From Alphaproteobacteria bacterium (lineage in GTDB: Bacteria > Pseudomonadota > Alphaproteobacteria > CAAGCB01 > CAG-977), in NCBI GenBank assembly GCA_024413465.1, contig JAKSVU010000001.1, forward strand, positions 90,934-154,933: a DNA stretch of 64,000 nt. Reading direction: 5' to 3'. The first letter of the stretch is position 1, and the number at the start of each line of letters is the position of its first letter. A model generated the notes under the pieces. That model searched no databases, was not told the DNA's origin, and worked only from the letters and a program-made list of their open reading frames with translations. Positions 52,864-62,255 of the stretch are shown piece after piece. Made by a program: the position numbers and the translations under genes.

Positions 52864-54138
52864 ATGTCTGAAAATATTTTTGCAGAAAATTCTTCATTTT
52901 CATTAGCAAATGATATTCAATTCAATACAAAAATTCCGTTTAAATTAGGCGAAAATGGAAAAATAGTTGAGTTTAATTCGTTTTATGAAGCTGGTAAATT
53001 TGGATACGAAGAAGAACAACATTGGATCAATTTAATTGGAAAAGATTCCTCAGATATTCCCTTTGTTGATAAGATTATTTCTGCTCAATTAACAACGCCT
53101 CGTGACATAGCATCAACAGCTCAAGCTGTTTTAAATAAGGAAATTTCTGTTCCAGAAGGATTTTCTATAATCAAAAGAAAAATGAATAACTATCTATGTT
53201 ATAAGTGTATTTACAGTACAGGAAATATTGGTTGTTTAGCAAAAACAATGTACCATTATGAACCAATGTTATTGGGTCTATTAGCTGGTGCATTAGGAGC
53301 AGTTTCTTTAGATGAAGTTTCTTACAAAGAACCTGCTGATAATGAAGGATTCTCATTCGGATATGCAATGACAATGCAATATTGCACAAATATTCGACCA
53401 GAAATGCTAGATCATCAAGTAAATGAATCTTACAGAAAAATTACTCAAATTATCAGCCGCGTCGAAATTGCTACACAAAAAATTGATGATATTGAGAATG
53501 ACAACCTTTCTTTAAGACACTCAATAGATGAGGCAAATTCCCAAATACAGACTTATCGTAATGATGTTGAAAAATATATTCAACAACTTGTCATGGATGT
53601 AAAACAAACTACAGATAGAGCTGTTAGTGAAACATGGGAACAATTAAATTCAATTCAAAGTAATCATGAACAACAATTAGCCACTTTACGTCAGAGTGTT
53701 TCTAGTAGAATTCGTTATGGAACAGCTTTAGACTATTGGAATAACCAACTTTCTCAAAATCAAAAACAATCAAATCAAATGACTATTTGGTACATTTTGT
53801 CTGGATTATTTGCTGCTTTATTGATGGGATTAATGGGAATTTTAGCCAAAAAATATATGTCAGGAACATTTTCTCAAATTTTAGCAATGCTTCTTCCATT
53901 TCTCTCATCTGGTGGTTTATTTTATATGCTTTTACAAACTAAAAATTCTTATGAAAAAAATAAAATATTTGCAAAAGAAAAAGTTGATTTACTTGAGACT
54001 TTAGCTTCTTTAGAAACAGAAGAATCTATAAATTCTTCCGAAAGTAGAACTGTTTTACAAGGTATTTTTAAAACCACTTTTACATCCAATGCAGAGCACC
54101 AAGAACAAGTTAATCAAAACAAAGAAATTCAAAGTTAA
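52864..54138 (+). CDS. Coiled-coil membrane protein (DUF6161-like)
   Basis: Globular N-terminus, Gln-rich coiled coil, YW motif then two TM helices; GAGG RBS. Confidence 0.6.
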   Translation: MSENIFAENSSFSLANDIQFNTKIPFKLGENGKIVEFNSFYEAGKFGYEEEQHWINLIGKDSSDIPFVDKIISAQLTTPRDIASTAQAVLNKEISVPEGFSIIKRKMNNYLCYKCIYSTGNIGCLAKTMYHYEPMLLGLLAGALGAVSLDEVSYKEPADNEGFSFGYAMTMQYCTNIRPEMLDHQVNESYRKITQIISRVEIATQKIDDIENDNLSLRHSIDEANSQIQTYRNDVEKYIQQLVMDVKQTTDRAVSETWEQLNSIQSNHEQQLATLRQSVSSRIRYGTALDYWNNQLSQNQKQSNQMTIWYILSGLFAALLMGLMGILAKKYMSGTFSQILAMLLPFLSSGGLFYMLLQTKNSYEKNKIFAKEKVDLLETLASLETEESINSSESRTVLQGIFKTTFTSNAEHQEQVNQNKEIQS

Positions 54139-54241
54139 TTTTATTTTTGTCTATTTTTTTTATTTTTTTCGAAAATTTTTCTAGTTTTTTTTTTCTAAAT
54201 AGCATATTATCAAAGTAGCTTTAATTATTAGGGGATTTACC

Positions 54242-56878
54242 ATGGCTGTTTTAAACGAATATGAATTACATTTACTCGCTGTAATGGCAGGCATTGATGA
54301 ACATGCAACAATTGAAAACAAACAATCATTGTTAGTAGCTTTAGATGTACTTCAGCCTCAAGGAAATAAGACTGATCAAGAATATGCTGCAGAAATTAGC
54401 AAAACGTTAAATAACGCTTTGGATGAACAGTATGCAAATCCACTGCCTTCTGTTTGCGTTTTACGTAAAGATCGTGAAAGAAAAGTTGAATTTGTTGTTC
54501 CTGTTGGTCATGAAAATGAAAGTTTAGATTGGAATGTGAATCAGGAAAAGGGCGCAAAAATAAATGGTCAGGTAAAAATTGCAGATACAAGCATTTGTCT
54601 TGGTGTTGACGGACAACCTATGCGCCGAGAAATAAACGGAGTCACATATGAGCGCCGTTCGTTTGATTTAAATGCTGATATGGACATTGGTTACCATCAA
54701 TTAGAAGTTGAAATTCCTGGACAACCTAAGGCGTCGACTCAATTGATTCATGCTCCTACAAAATGTTATGACCCTATTGATATTAAAAACGGTGGAAAAG
54801 CTTGGGGGGTTCCTGTTCAATTATACGAACAACGTTCTGATGAAAATCAGGGAATCGGTGACTTCTCTGATTTAGCAGAAATTGCTGATACTGTTGGTAA
54901 GTGTGGAGCTGGTATCCTAGGAGTAAACCCATTACACGCTATGTTTCCAAATGCAGCTGAAGAGGCTTCTCCATATGCTCCAGCAAGTAGAACGTATTTT
55001 AATCATGTCTATTTGGATGTAACTGCTGTTCCTGAATTCGAAGAAAGTAAAGAAGCTACTGCATTGTATGATTCAGAAGAATACACAGCTAAACGTAGAA
55101 AAGCTCAAGATACTTCTGATGTAGATTATACTGCAGCTTTTGAATTGAAAACACCTATCCTTGAAAAATGTTATGATCAATTTGTAAAAAATGGTTCCGC
55201 CGATCGAAAAGCTAGATTCGAAGAATTTAAAGCTAATGGTGGAGATAGATTGAAAGATTTTGCATTATTTCAAACATTATGCGAGCATTTTGCAAATGAG
55301 GAACCAAAATTAACCGATTGGAGAGATTGGCCACCAGAATTTCAAGATTCCAAAACACCTGCAGTGAAAGAATTTGCTGAAAAAAATAAAGATAGAATCG
55401 GGTTTTATACATATTTGCAATTTGAAACATTAAACCAGATGGAAAATGTTCAAAAGGTTTGTAAAGACAGTGGTATGAAAGTTGGTTTATATACGGACAT
55501 TGCTGTAGGATCTGCTCCCTTTGGTTTTGAAGGTTGGGGATGTAAAGATTTGTATATGAAAGCATCCGCGGGTGCACCTGCAGACGTATTGAGTCCAAAT
55601 GGTCAGAATTGGGATGTAATGGGCTTTAAACCAAAAGCTTTAAAGGAAACAGCTTACCAACCATTTATTGAAATGTTACGCAATAATATGAAGACGGCTG
55701 GTTGTACACGTCTTGATCACGTTTTGCAATTAGCTCGTTTATATATGATTCCTCAAGGTAAGTCAGCAAAAGAAGGTGCTTTTGTTTATTATCCAGTTGA
55801 TGATCTAATGGCTGTTGCTGCATTAGAGTCTCACAGAAATAAATGTATGTTGATTGGTGAAGATTTAGGACAATTACCTCCAGGTTTCCAGGATAAGTTG
55901 ATGGATCATGGAATTCTGTCCTATCGTGTATTACCCTTTGAGCGTGAATGGGGATATCAAAATGGTGGAAATAATAATGCTTTCCGTCACCCTGAAGAAT
56001 ATCCTTTGTATTCAACTGCAGCTCCCTCTACGCATGATACTCCATCTTTAGCAAGTCAATGGACGGCACGTGATGTACATTTGAAAGATTATTTAGGTTA
56101 TTACGAAAGTTCTCAACAACGTGATTTGGAGTTTCGTCAATATGAATCTCAACGTTGTGCTTTAAACTGGGCTTTATATGAGAAAGGTTGCTGGGATCGG
56201 GTTGGTGCTCAACCTGTTTCTGATCCTGCCCATGATACTCGTTCTTGTCCTGAGAAGTATGAACAAGCTGTTGCAGATTACTTGGGACAATCACGTTCTG
56301 CTATGTTGTTATTCCCATTCTCTGATATGTTTAGAACAAACTATATGGGAAATATTCCGGGGACACGTCAACGGTCTGAATCTCAGGTTGGAGGTAAGGA
56401 TACAAAGATATTTGAACCTGGCGGAGCTAGCCGTATTCCATGGAAGAACTGGCGTCCAAAGATGCACGTTAAAGTAAATGAAATAAAAGAGATTCCTGTT
56501 TTCAAGGATATTGCAAATATTTTAAACTCTTATCGTACTGCTGGAAATGAAAATTCAAAAGAAAAAGTTTCTCAAGTATCTGATTTTAAACGTCCAGGTA
56601 GAACTGAAGAAAAACAACGTGATCCAAAACGTGTTGTTAAGTTGTATGAATCTTTAGCTCAATCAGGTTTCTTTAAAGAACATGCTTACGATATTATTGC
56701 TGCCAAATTTTCTGAAAAAAGAAAGCAACGTGATATTCAGAAGACGGAAGATTTTAAAAAGAATTATGAAGAGCGTCGTAAAGCAATTGAAGCTAAAAAG
56801 CAACAATATAATCAGGGTAAACCTGTTAATAATGTTGCTCGAGCAAGATTTAATTGCCAACGAAAACACTGTAGATAG
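54242..56878 (+). CDS. malQ: Second 4-alpha-glucanotransferase (GH77) with long basic C-terminal extension
   Basis: VQLY, GIGDFSDL, SPY, RLDH, IGEDLG, THD, NIPGT, NWR; ~113 aa beyond where the operonic MalQ ends. Confidence 0.9.
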   Translation: MAVLNEYELHLLAVMAGIDEHATIENKQSLLVALDVLQPQGNKTDQEYAAEISKTLNNALDEQYANPLPSVCVLRKDRERKVEFVVPVGHENESLDWNVNQEKGAKINGQVKIADTSICLGVDGQPMRREINGVTYERRSFDLNADMDIGYHQLEVEIPGQPKASTQLIHAPTKCYDPIDIKNGGKAWGVPVQLYEQRSDENQGIGDFSDLAEIADTVGKCGAGILGVNPLHAMFPNAAEEASPYAPASRTYFNHVYLDVTAVPEFEESKEATALYDSEEYTAKRRKAQDTSDVDYTAAFELKTPILEKCYDQFVKNGSADRKARFEEFKANGGDRLKDFALFQTLCEHFANEEPKLTDWRDWPPEFQDSKTPAVKEFAEKNKDRIGFYTYLQFETLNQMENVQKVCKDSGMKVGLYTDIAVGSAPFGFEGWGCKDLYMKASAGAPADVLSPNGQNWDVMGFKPKALKETAYQPFIEMLRNNMKTAGCTRLDHVLQLARLYMIPQGKSAKEGAFVYYPVDDLMAVAALESHRNKCMLIGEDLGQLPPGFQDKLMDHGILSYRVLPFEREWGYQNGGNNNAFRHPEEYPLYSTAAPSTHDTPSLASQWTARDVHLKDYLGYYESSQQRDLEFRQYESQRCALNWALYEKGCWDRVGAQPVSDPAHDTRSCPEKYEQAVADYLGQSRSAMLLFPFSDMFRTNYMGNIPGTRQRSESQVGGKDTKIFEPGGASRIPWKNWRPKMHVKVNEIKEIPVFKDIANILNSYRTAGNENSKEKVSQVSDFKRPGRTEEKQRDPKRVVKLYESLAQSGFFKEHAYDIIAAKFSEKRKQRDIQKTEDFKKNYEERRKAIEAKKQQYNQGKPVNNVARARFNCQRKHCR

Positions 56879-56880
56879 TC

Positions 56881-56909
56881 AAAAAAATCCCCTTACAGGG
56901 GATTTTTTT
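56881..56909 (+). terminator. Intrinsic terminator after the second malQ
   Basis: AAAAAAATCCCC-TTACA-GGGGATTTTTTT. Confidence 0.85.
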
Positions 56910-56930
56910 ATTAGAGTAAGATACAAAAAA

Positions 56931-57581
56931 ATGCTTTATTATTTTTTATCACAAATTGTAGGGAAAAAAACATTTAAAGATACTTTACCAAACGATGTAA
57001 AAGATAAAAGTTTTAAGAAAAACATTCGTAATATTTTAAATACTACCCTCTTAAGCAATCATCTTTTGAAAAAAAAAGAATTTGTAAACATAGCTGGACT
57101 TCCTGCTTCAGGGAAATCATTTTGGGCAAAAAAATTTTTAGAAAAAAATCCAGAATATGTTTATATAAGTTTTGACTTAATTATGGAAAAATTTCCAGAA
57201 TATCAAAATGATTTTAAATTAAATCCTAAATTAGCTTTTAATAGATGGGAACTACCTGCTCGATATTTAGGCTATTATCTTTTATTCAAAGCTATTTATT
57301 TAGGATATCCTGTTTTATTTGAACATTCTAACTCAAACATAAATCATATAGATTTGTACAAATCTATAAAGTCCTTTTATTACAATATGTCAATTTTTTT
57401 TATAAATGCTACTCCTGACATAGTTATATCTCGATTAAATACTAGAAAACGTTTTTTCCCAAAAGAGAGAATTCTAGAAAGATGGGACTTGATAAAAAGA
57501 ATAAATCCCCTATTAGAAAAAACAGTTCATCATTTTTATAATATTGAAGCCTGGATAAATGATTCTAATGAATATAAATAA
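56931..57581 (+). CDS. P-loop kinase, zeta-toxin-like
   Basis: AGLPASGKS Walker A, ISFDLIM...PEY, VLFEHS, RLNTRKR; start placed after the malQ terminator. Confidence 0.7.
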   Translation: MLYYFLSQIVGKKTFKDTLPNDVKDKSFKKNIRNILNTTLLSNHLLKKKEFVNIAGLPASGKSFWAKKFLEKNPEYVYISFDLIMEKFPEYQNDFKLNPKLAFNRWELPARYLGYYLLFKAIYLGYPVLFEHSNSNINHIDLYKSIKSFYYNMSIFFINATPDIVISRLNTRKRFFPKERILERWDLIKRINPLLEKTVHHFYNIEAWINDSNEYK

Positions 57582-57655
57582 AAAACTTGAAATTATAATA
57601 AAAACAAGGTAGTAAAATAGATACAGTTTATTTACTGTAAAAAGGAGAAAAAATT

Positions 57656-57946
57656 ATGACAGATGAACAAATTCGTGAAGCTGCTTACTATAACTGGTTA
57701 AATAAAGGATGTCCAGAAAATGCTGATATCGAATGCTGGTTAGAAGCAGAAAGTGTTTGCCCGTGCTGTGGTAAAAAAGAATGTGAATGTGGTCCTGATT
57801 GTGAATGTCGCAAAGAAGGTCCATGCAGTTGTGAGTGTGAAGAAAAAAAAGCAACCAAAAAAAAGGTTTGCAAAAAAACAACAGAAACTGTTGAAAAAAA
57901 AGAAAAAAAGACCACAACAAAAACAGCTAAAAAAACAGCAAAATAA
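57656..57946 (+). CDS. DUF2934-like domain fused to a Cys-rich segment and a Lys-rich tail
   Basis: AAGGAGA RBS; EQIREAAYYNW..G.P......W..AE; 13 Cys in 96 aa; own terminator. Confidence 0.8.
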   Translation: MTDEQIREAAYYNWLNKGCPENADIECWLEAESVCPCCGKKECECGPDCECRKEGPCSCECEEKKATKKKVCKKTTETVEKKEKKTTTKTAKKTAK

Positions 57947-57947
57947 T

Positions 57948-57981
57948 AAAAAAAACGGCTTAAAATTTAAGCCGTTTTTTT
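57948..57981. terminator. Bidirectional terminator between the DUF2934 gene and rimO
   Basis: AAAAAACGGCTTAAA-A-TTTAAGCCGTTTTTT. Confidence 0.85.
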
Positions 57982-59314
57982 ATTCTACTTGAACACCATA
58001 CAAATCATATTCATCACTATCTTTTATTTTGATATTAACAAAATCACCTGTTTGAATAGCTTTTTTAGATGAAAAATAGACAAGACCATCTATATCTGGT
58101 GCATTGGCATAATTTCTGCCAACATAACAATTTTTTTCATCATCAAATCCTTCACAAAGAACCTTCTGGATACTTCCAATAAAACTTCTTTGATAATCTA
58201 AACTGATTGCTTGCTGAATACTCATTATATATTCATAACGATTTATTTTTTCATCTTCATCAATTTGATCTGGTAAATTATAGGCAGGAGTTCCGTCTTC
58301 TCTAGAATATCGAAATGCCCCAAACCTATTAAATTTAATTTCATCAACGAAATCGGCTAACTCATTAAATTCTTCTTCAGTCTCTCCAGGAAAACCAACT
58401 ATTGCTGTAGTTCTAATAACAATATCTGGGATTTCTGATCTAAGTTTTGAAATAACATTCTCTATTGTTTTTCTATTTCCATGTCTATTCATTCTTTTTA
58501 AAACAGAATCATTTATATGCTGAATTGGAATATCTATATAGTGTAATATCTTTGGATTATTTTTCATTTCAGAAATTAATTCATCTGTTATTTTATCAGG
58601 ATAACAATAAAATAATCTAATCCAAGGAATATCTGTTTCTGATGAAATAAGCTTAAGTAATTCTGGTAAAGCATATTTTTTATAAATATCTATTCCATAA
58701 ATAGACGTATCTTGGGCTATTAGATTTAATTCTTTAAGACCTGATCTTTCAAGTTTTTTTATTTCTTGTAAAATATCTTCTTTTGTTCGAGATCTGTATA
58801 TTCCACGAATAGATGGAATCGTACAATAGGTACATTTATTGTTACATCCCTCCGATATACGAACATAGGCAGAATACGGTTCATTTAATAAAAATCTTGT
58901 TCCACTAATTGAAGATTTTGTATTATCTTCAAAACAACACACTTTATCTTTTTCAAAACACTGATTGACTATATTCACAATCTGATGAATTGAGCCGACT
59001 CCCATAATAGCATCAACACATGGATATTGTTCTAAGATTTTTTCTTTGTATCTTTGAGCAAGGCACCCTGCAACAATAATTTTTTTTAAATTAGCAGTAT
59101 TCTTTAAATTAGAAAGACTTTCAATTAGCTCATAAGATTCTTGTTTTGCATCTCCAATAAAACCACATGTATTAATAATTATAACATCTGCTTGTTGTTC
59201 TTTGCTTGTTAATTCAAAACCAGCATCATTTAAGTAGCTCAGCATAATTTCTGAATCTATTTGATTTTTCGAACAGCCTAATGAGACAAAACCTATTTTC
59301 AATTTTTTGATCAT
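57980..59314 (-). CDS. rimO: Ribosomal protein S12 methylthiotransferase
   Basis: SLGCSKNQIDSE, NTCGFI, radical SAM EGCNNKCTYC, APDIDG TRAM domain. Confidence 0.93.
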   Translation of the reverse strand: MIKKLKIGFVSLGCSKNQIDSEIMLSYLNDAGFELTSKEQQADVIIINTCGFIGDAKQESYELIESLSNLKNTANLKKIIVAGCLAQRYKEKILEQYPCVDAIMGVGSIHQIVNIVNQCFEKDKVCCFEDNTKSSISGTRFLLNEPYSAYVRISEGCNNKCTYCTIPSIRGIYRSRTKEDILQEIKKLERSGLKELNLIAQDTSIYGIDIYKKYALPELLKLISSETDIPWIRLFYCYPDKITDELISEMKNNPKILHYIDIPIQHINDSVLKRMNRHGNRKTIENVISKLRSEIPDIVIRTTAIVGFPGETEEEFNELADFVDEIKFNRFGAFRYSREDGTPAYNLPDQIDEDEKINRYEYIMSIQQAISLDYQRSFIGSIQKVLCEGFDDEKNCYVGRNYANAPDIDGLVYFSSKKAIQTGDFVNIKIKDSDEYDLYGVQVE

Positions 59315-59322
59315 GAATTACT

Positions 59323-59796
59323 TTATTTTCTCACTAATTTTGCAACGTTATCTAAGACACCATTTACAACCTTTATTTCCACACCAGAATAAAACGATGC
59401 TGCTAATTCTATGTATTCTTTTATAACAATTGGAGTTGGTGTTTGTTTATCATTAAAAGCCATTAATTCTGCAGTACCAGCTTGAAGAATAGCTTTTAAA
59501 GTTGCTTCCGTTCTATTTTTTGACCAATTATCTGTAAAAGAATTATCTATTAATTCTTCAATTTCATTTTGTTTTTCTGAAAAACAATCCATTATCGATA
59601 TAAATAATTCTTTATCTGCTGGTAAAATAGGAAGAAATTCTTCTGTTTCTAAATCTTCATTTTCAAGTAAGACTTGTTGCCCAATTTGATTTGTTAAAAA
59701 TTCATCCACAATCTGCTCTATCTTTTTATCACCAAATGAATACTCATAAATAGCTTGAGTTGCATTTAATCTTGCGGAACTTCTGTTGGTTTTCAT
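59323..59796 (-). CDS. nusB: Transcription antitermination factor NusB
   Basis: [31 protein letters not shown]. Confidence 0.9.
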   Translation of the reverse strand: MKTNRSSARLNATQAIYEYSFGDKKIEQIVDEFLTNQIGQQVLLENEDLETEEFLPILPADKELFISIMDCFSEKQNEIEELIDNSFTDNWSKNRTEATLKAILQAGTAELMAFNDKQTPTPIVIKEYIELAASFYSGVEIKVVNGVLDNVAKLVRK

Positions 59797-60281
59797 TCTT
59801 TTTCTCCTACATCAGAAAAATCTGTATTTGCAACTTCATCTAATGTTGCAATAAATGCTTTAAAATCTTTTGGTTCTCGGAATTCGCGATAAACAGATGC
59901 AAAACGAACATAAGCAACCGGATCTAAAGAAGACAATGCATTCATTACCATTTCACCAATTTGAACAGTAGAAATCTCATCATCACCAGATACTTCTAAT
60001 TGACGTTGTATACTATTAACAATCAATTCGACTTGCTCTTTTTCAATGGGTCTTTTTCGTACAGCAATCGCAATAGAACGATACAATTTATCTCTATCAA
60101 ATGCTGTTCTAGAACCATCTTTTTTAATTACTATAATTTCTCGTAATTGAACATGTTCAAATGTCGTAAATCTTGATCCACATGCGGGACAAAATCTACG
60201 ACGTCTTATGCTCGAATTATCTTCAGTTGGTCTTGAATCTTTTACCTGAGTTTCTTCAAAACCACAAAAAGGACAACGCAT
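59793..60281 (-). CDS. nrdR: Transcriptional repressor NrdR
   Basis: MRCPFC...RRRRFCPAC zinc ribbon, ATP cone, [10 protein letters not shown]. Confidence 0.97.
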   Translation of the reverse strand: MRCPFCGFEETQVKDSRPTEDNSSIRRRRFCPACGSRFTTFEHVQLREIIVIKKDGSRTAFDRDKLYRSIAIAVRKRPIEKEQVELIVNSIQRQLEVSGDDEISTVQIGEMVMNALSSLDPVAYVRFASVYREFREPKDFKAFIATLDEVANTDFSDVGEKE

Positions 60282-60284
60282 CTT

Positions 60285-61568
60285 TTACTCCATCAATCCT
60301 TCATAAATTGGGAATTGAGCACAAAGTTTTAAAACCTCTTTTTTTACATGATCTTCAACAAATGTATTATCTTCAGGATTTTTTTCAAGACCATCAAGCA
60401 CATCCCCAATTAAATTTGCAATTTTTTCAAATTCAGTAGTTTTAAAACCTCTTGTTGTACCTGCTGGAGATCCTAAACGGACACCCGAAGTAACTGTAGG
60501 TTTTTCTGGATCAAAAGGGATTCCATTTTTGTTGCATGTAATATGAGCTTTTTCTAAACTTGCTTCAGCTAATTTTCCAGTTAAATGTTTTGGACGCAAG
60601 TCGACCAAAACTAAATGAGTATCTGTTCCTCCAGAAACAAGATTAACCCCTCTTTTTACAAGTGTTTCACCCATAATTTTAGCGTTATCCATAACCTGCT
60701 TTGCATAAACTTTAAATTCAGGTTTTAATGCCTCACCAAAAGCAACTGCTTTAGCTGCAATAACATGCATTAAAGGTCCACCTTGTAATCCTGGAAACAC
60801 AGCAGAATTAATTTTTTTAGCTAAATCTTCTCTATTTGTTAAAATCATTCCTCCACGAGGACCTCTTAAGGTTTTATGAGTTGTTGTTGTTACCACATCC
60901 GCATATTTTAATGGATTTTCATGGTATCCAGCAGCAACCAAACCAGCAAAATGAGCCATATCAACCATTAATAAAGCCCCCACTTCATCCGCTATTTCTC
61001 TAAATCTTTTAAAATTAATTGCTCTTGGATATGCAGAACCTCCAGCAATAATCAATTTAGGATTATTTTCTTTTGCTAATTTTTCGACTTCATCATAATC
61101 AATCAGCCCATCTTCCTTACGTACCCCATATTGTACAGAATTAAACCATTTACCTGACAATGCGGGAGCCGCCCCATGAGTCAAATGTCCCCCTGCAGAT
61201 AAAGACATTCCCATCAATGTTTCACCTGGTTTCAAAAATGCCAATTGAACAGCTCCATTTGCTTGAGCTCCAGAATGTGGTTGTACGTTTACAAATTCAG
61301 CGTTGAATAATTTCTTAGCACGTTCAATTGCTAAATTTTCGGCAATATCAACACATTCGCATCCACCATAGTAACGTTTTCCACAATAACCTTCTGCATA
61401 TTTATTTGTTAAAATACTTCCTTGAGCTTGCAAAACAGCTTTTGAAACAATATTTTCAGAAGCAATTAATTCTATTTGATTTTGTTGACGAATTAACTCC
61501 TTTTTTATTCCTTCATATAATTCAGGATCAGAATCTTTTAAATTTTTTTCAAAAAAAATATTTATCAT
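60285..61568 (-). CDS. glyA: Serine hydroxymethyltransferase
   Basis: [34 protein letters not shown]. Confidence 0.98.
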   Translation of the reverse strand: MINIFFEKNLKDSDPELYEGIKKELIRQQNQIELIASENIVSKAVLQAQGSILTNKYAEGYCGKRYYGGCECVDIAENLAIERAKKLFNAEFVNVQPHSGAQANGAVQLAFLKPGETLMGMSLSAGGHLTHGAAPALSGKWFNSVQYGVRKEDGLIDYDEVEKLAKENNPKLIIAGGSAYPRAINFKRFREIADEVGALLMVDMAHFAGLVAAGYHENPLKYADVVTTTTHKTLRGPRGGMILTNREDLAKKINSAVFPGLQGGPLMHVIAAKAVAFGEALKPEFKVYAKQVMDNAKIMGETLVKRGVNLVSGGTDTHLVLVDLRPKHLTGKLAEASLEKAHITCNKNGIPFDPEKPTVTSGVRLGSPAGTTRGFKTTEFEKIANLIGDVLDGLEKNPEDNTFVEDHVKKEVLKLCAQFPIYEGLME

Positions 61569-61574
61569 AAAATT

Positions 61575-62021
61575 TTATCCTTCAGCAATGTGTGTCAATT
61601 TTTCAACACGTCTTGCATGACGCTCTCCTAAAAATTGTGTTTTTAAAAAAATTTCTAAACATTCATATGCAACTTCTGTTCCAATTGTTCTTCCACCAAA
61701 AACAATCACATTTGCATTATTATGTTCACGACACAATCTAGCTCCAAAAGCATCATGAATTAATGCTGCCCGAATAAAAGGGAATCTATTAGCAGCAATA
61801 CTAATGCCTATTCCCGTTCCACAGCACAAAACCCCCTGTTCTGCTTGTTTTGTCTCGATTACCTTTGCTAATTTTTTTGCCATATCTGGATAATCAACAG
61901 ATTCTGGAGAATTAGTTCCCAAATCTAAAGGTGTATATCCAAGAGTTTTTAATTTTTCAATCAAAAGATTTTTTAATTCATATCCACCATGATCCGCTGC
62001 TAAAGCTATTGTTTTTGACAT
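61575..62021 (-). CDS. rpiB: Ribose-5-phosphate isomerase B
   Basis: ADHGG, VDYPD, CGTGIG, REHNNAN, RHARRV; start behind AAGGAGA. Confidence 0.96.
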   Translation of the reverse strand: MSKTIALAADHGGYELKNLLIEKLKTLGYTPLDLGTNSPESVDYPDMAKKLAKVIETKQAEQGVLCCGTGIGISIAANRFPFIRAALIHDAFGARLCREHNNANVIVFGGRTIGTEVAYECLEIFLKTQFLGERHARRVEKLTHIAEG

Positions 62022-62075
62022 CACTTTTCTCCTTATAAAAATTTTATAATCTATATCACACATTATTTAAATTAA

Positions 62076-62255
62076 CTAGTTTTTATCTTTATTTATTACA
62101 TATTCCAATTTTTGTTTTGCTAACATTTTTATTGAAAGCATAGGTGTATTTTTAGGGGCTATAAAAGATACTTCTGTTCCCGTTAAAGCATGCACAGCAG
62201 AAACTTTCAACATATTTCCAAAAGTTCTAATTTCGATAAGAATTTCATCATCCAT
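62076..62255 (-). CDS. Small conserved protein (DUF6898-like), absent from the ORF track
   Basis: Hand translation gives 59 aa: MDDEILIEIRTFGNMLKVSAVHALTGTEVSFIAPKNTPMLSIKMLAKQKLEYVINKDKN; TAATG coupling to the peptidase gene. Confidence 0.75.
   Translation of the reverse strand: MDDEILIEIRTFGNMLKVSAVHALTGTEVSFIAPKNTPMLSIKMLAKQKLEYVINKDKN

Noticed and set aside
54139-54200. Poly-T tracts upstream of the second malQ as phase-variation sites
   Set aside because: Homopolymer runs are common throughout this AT-rich window and no frameshifted gene is associated
56682-56930. Long N-terminal extension of the kinase ORF
   Set aside because: Overlaps the malQ tail and crosses its terminator; ATG 56931 is more plausible
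57654-57992. Three alternative ORFs overlapping the DUF2934 gene
   Set aside because: By-products of low-complexity A-rich sequence; only 57656-57946 has an RBS and a recognisable domain
1348-61570. Numerous 60-141 aa ORFs nested in or antisense to long genes
   Set aside because: They lie within well-supported genes and show no motifs; typical shadow frames
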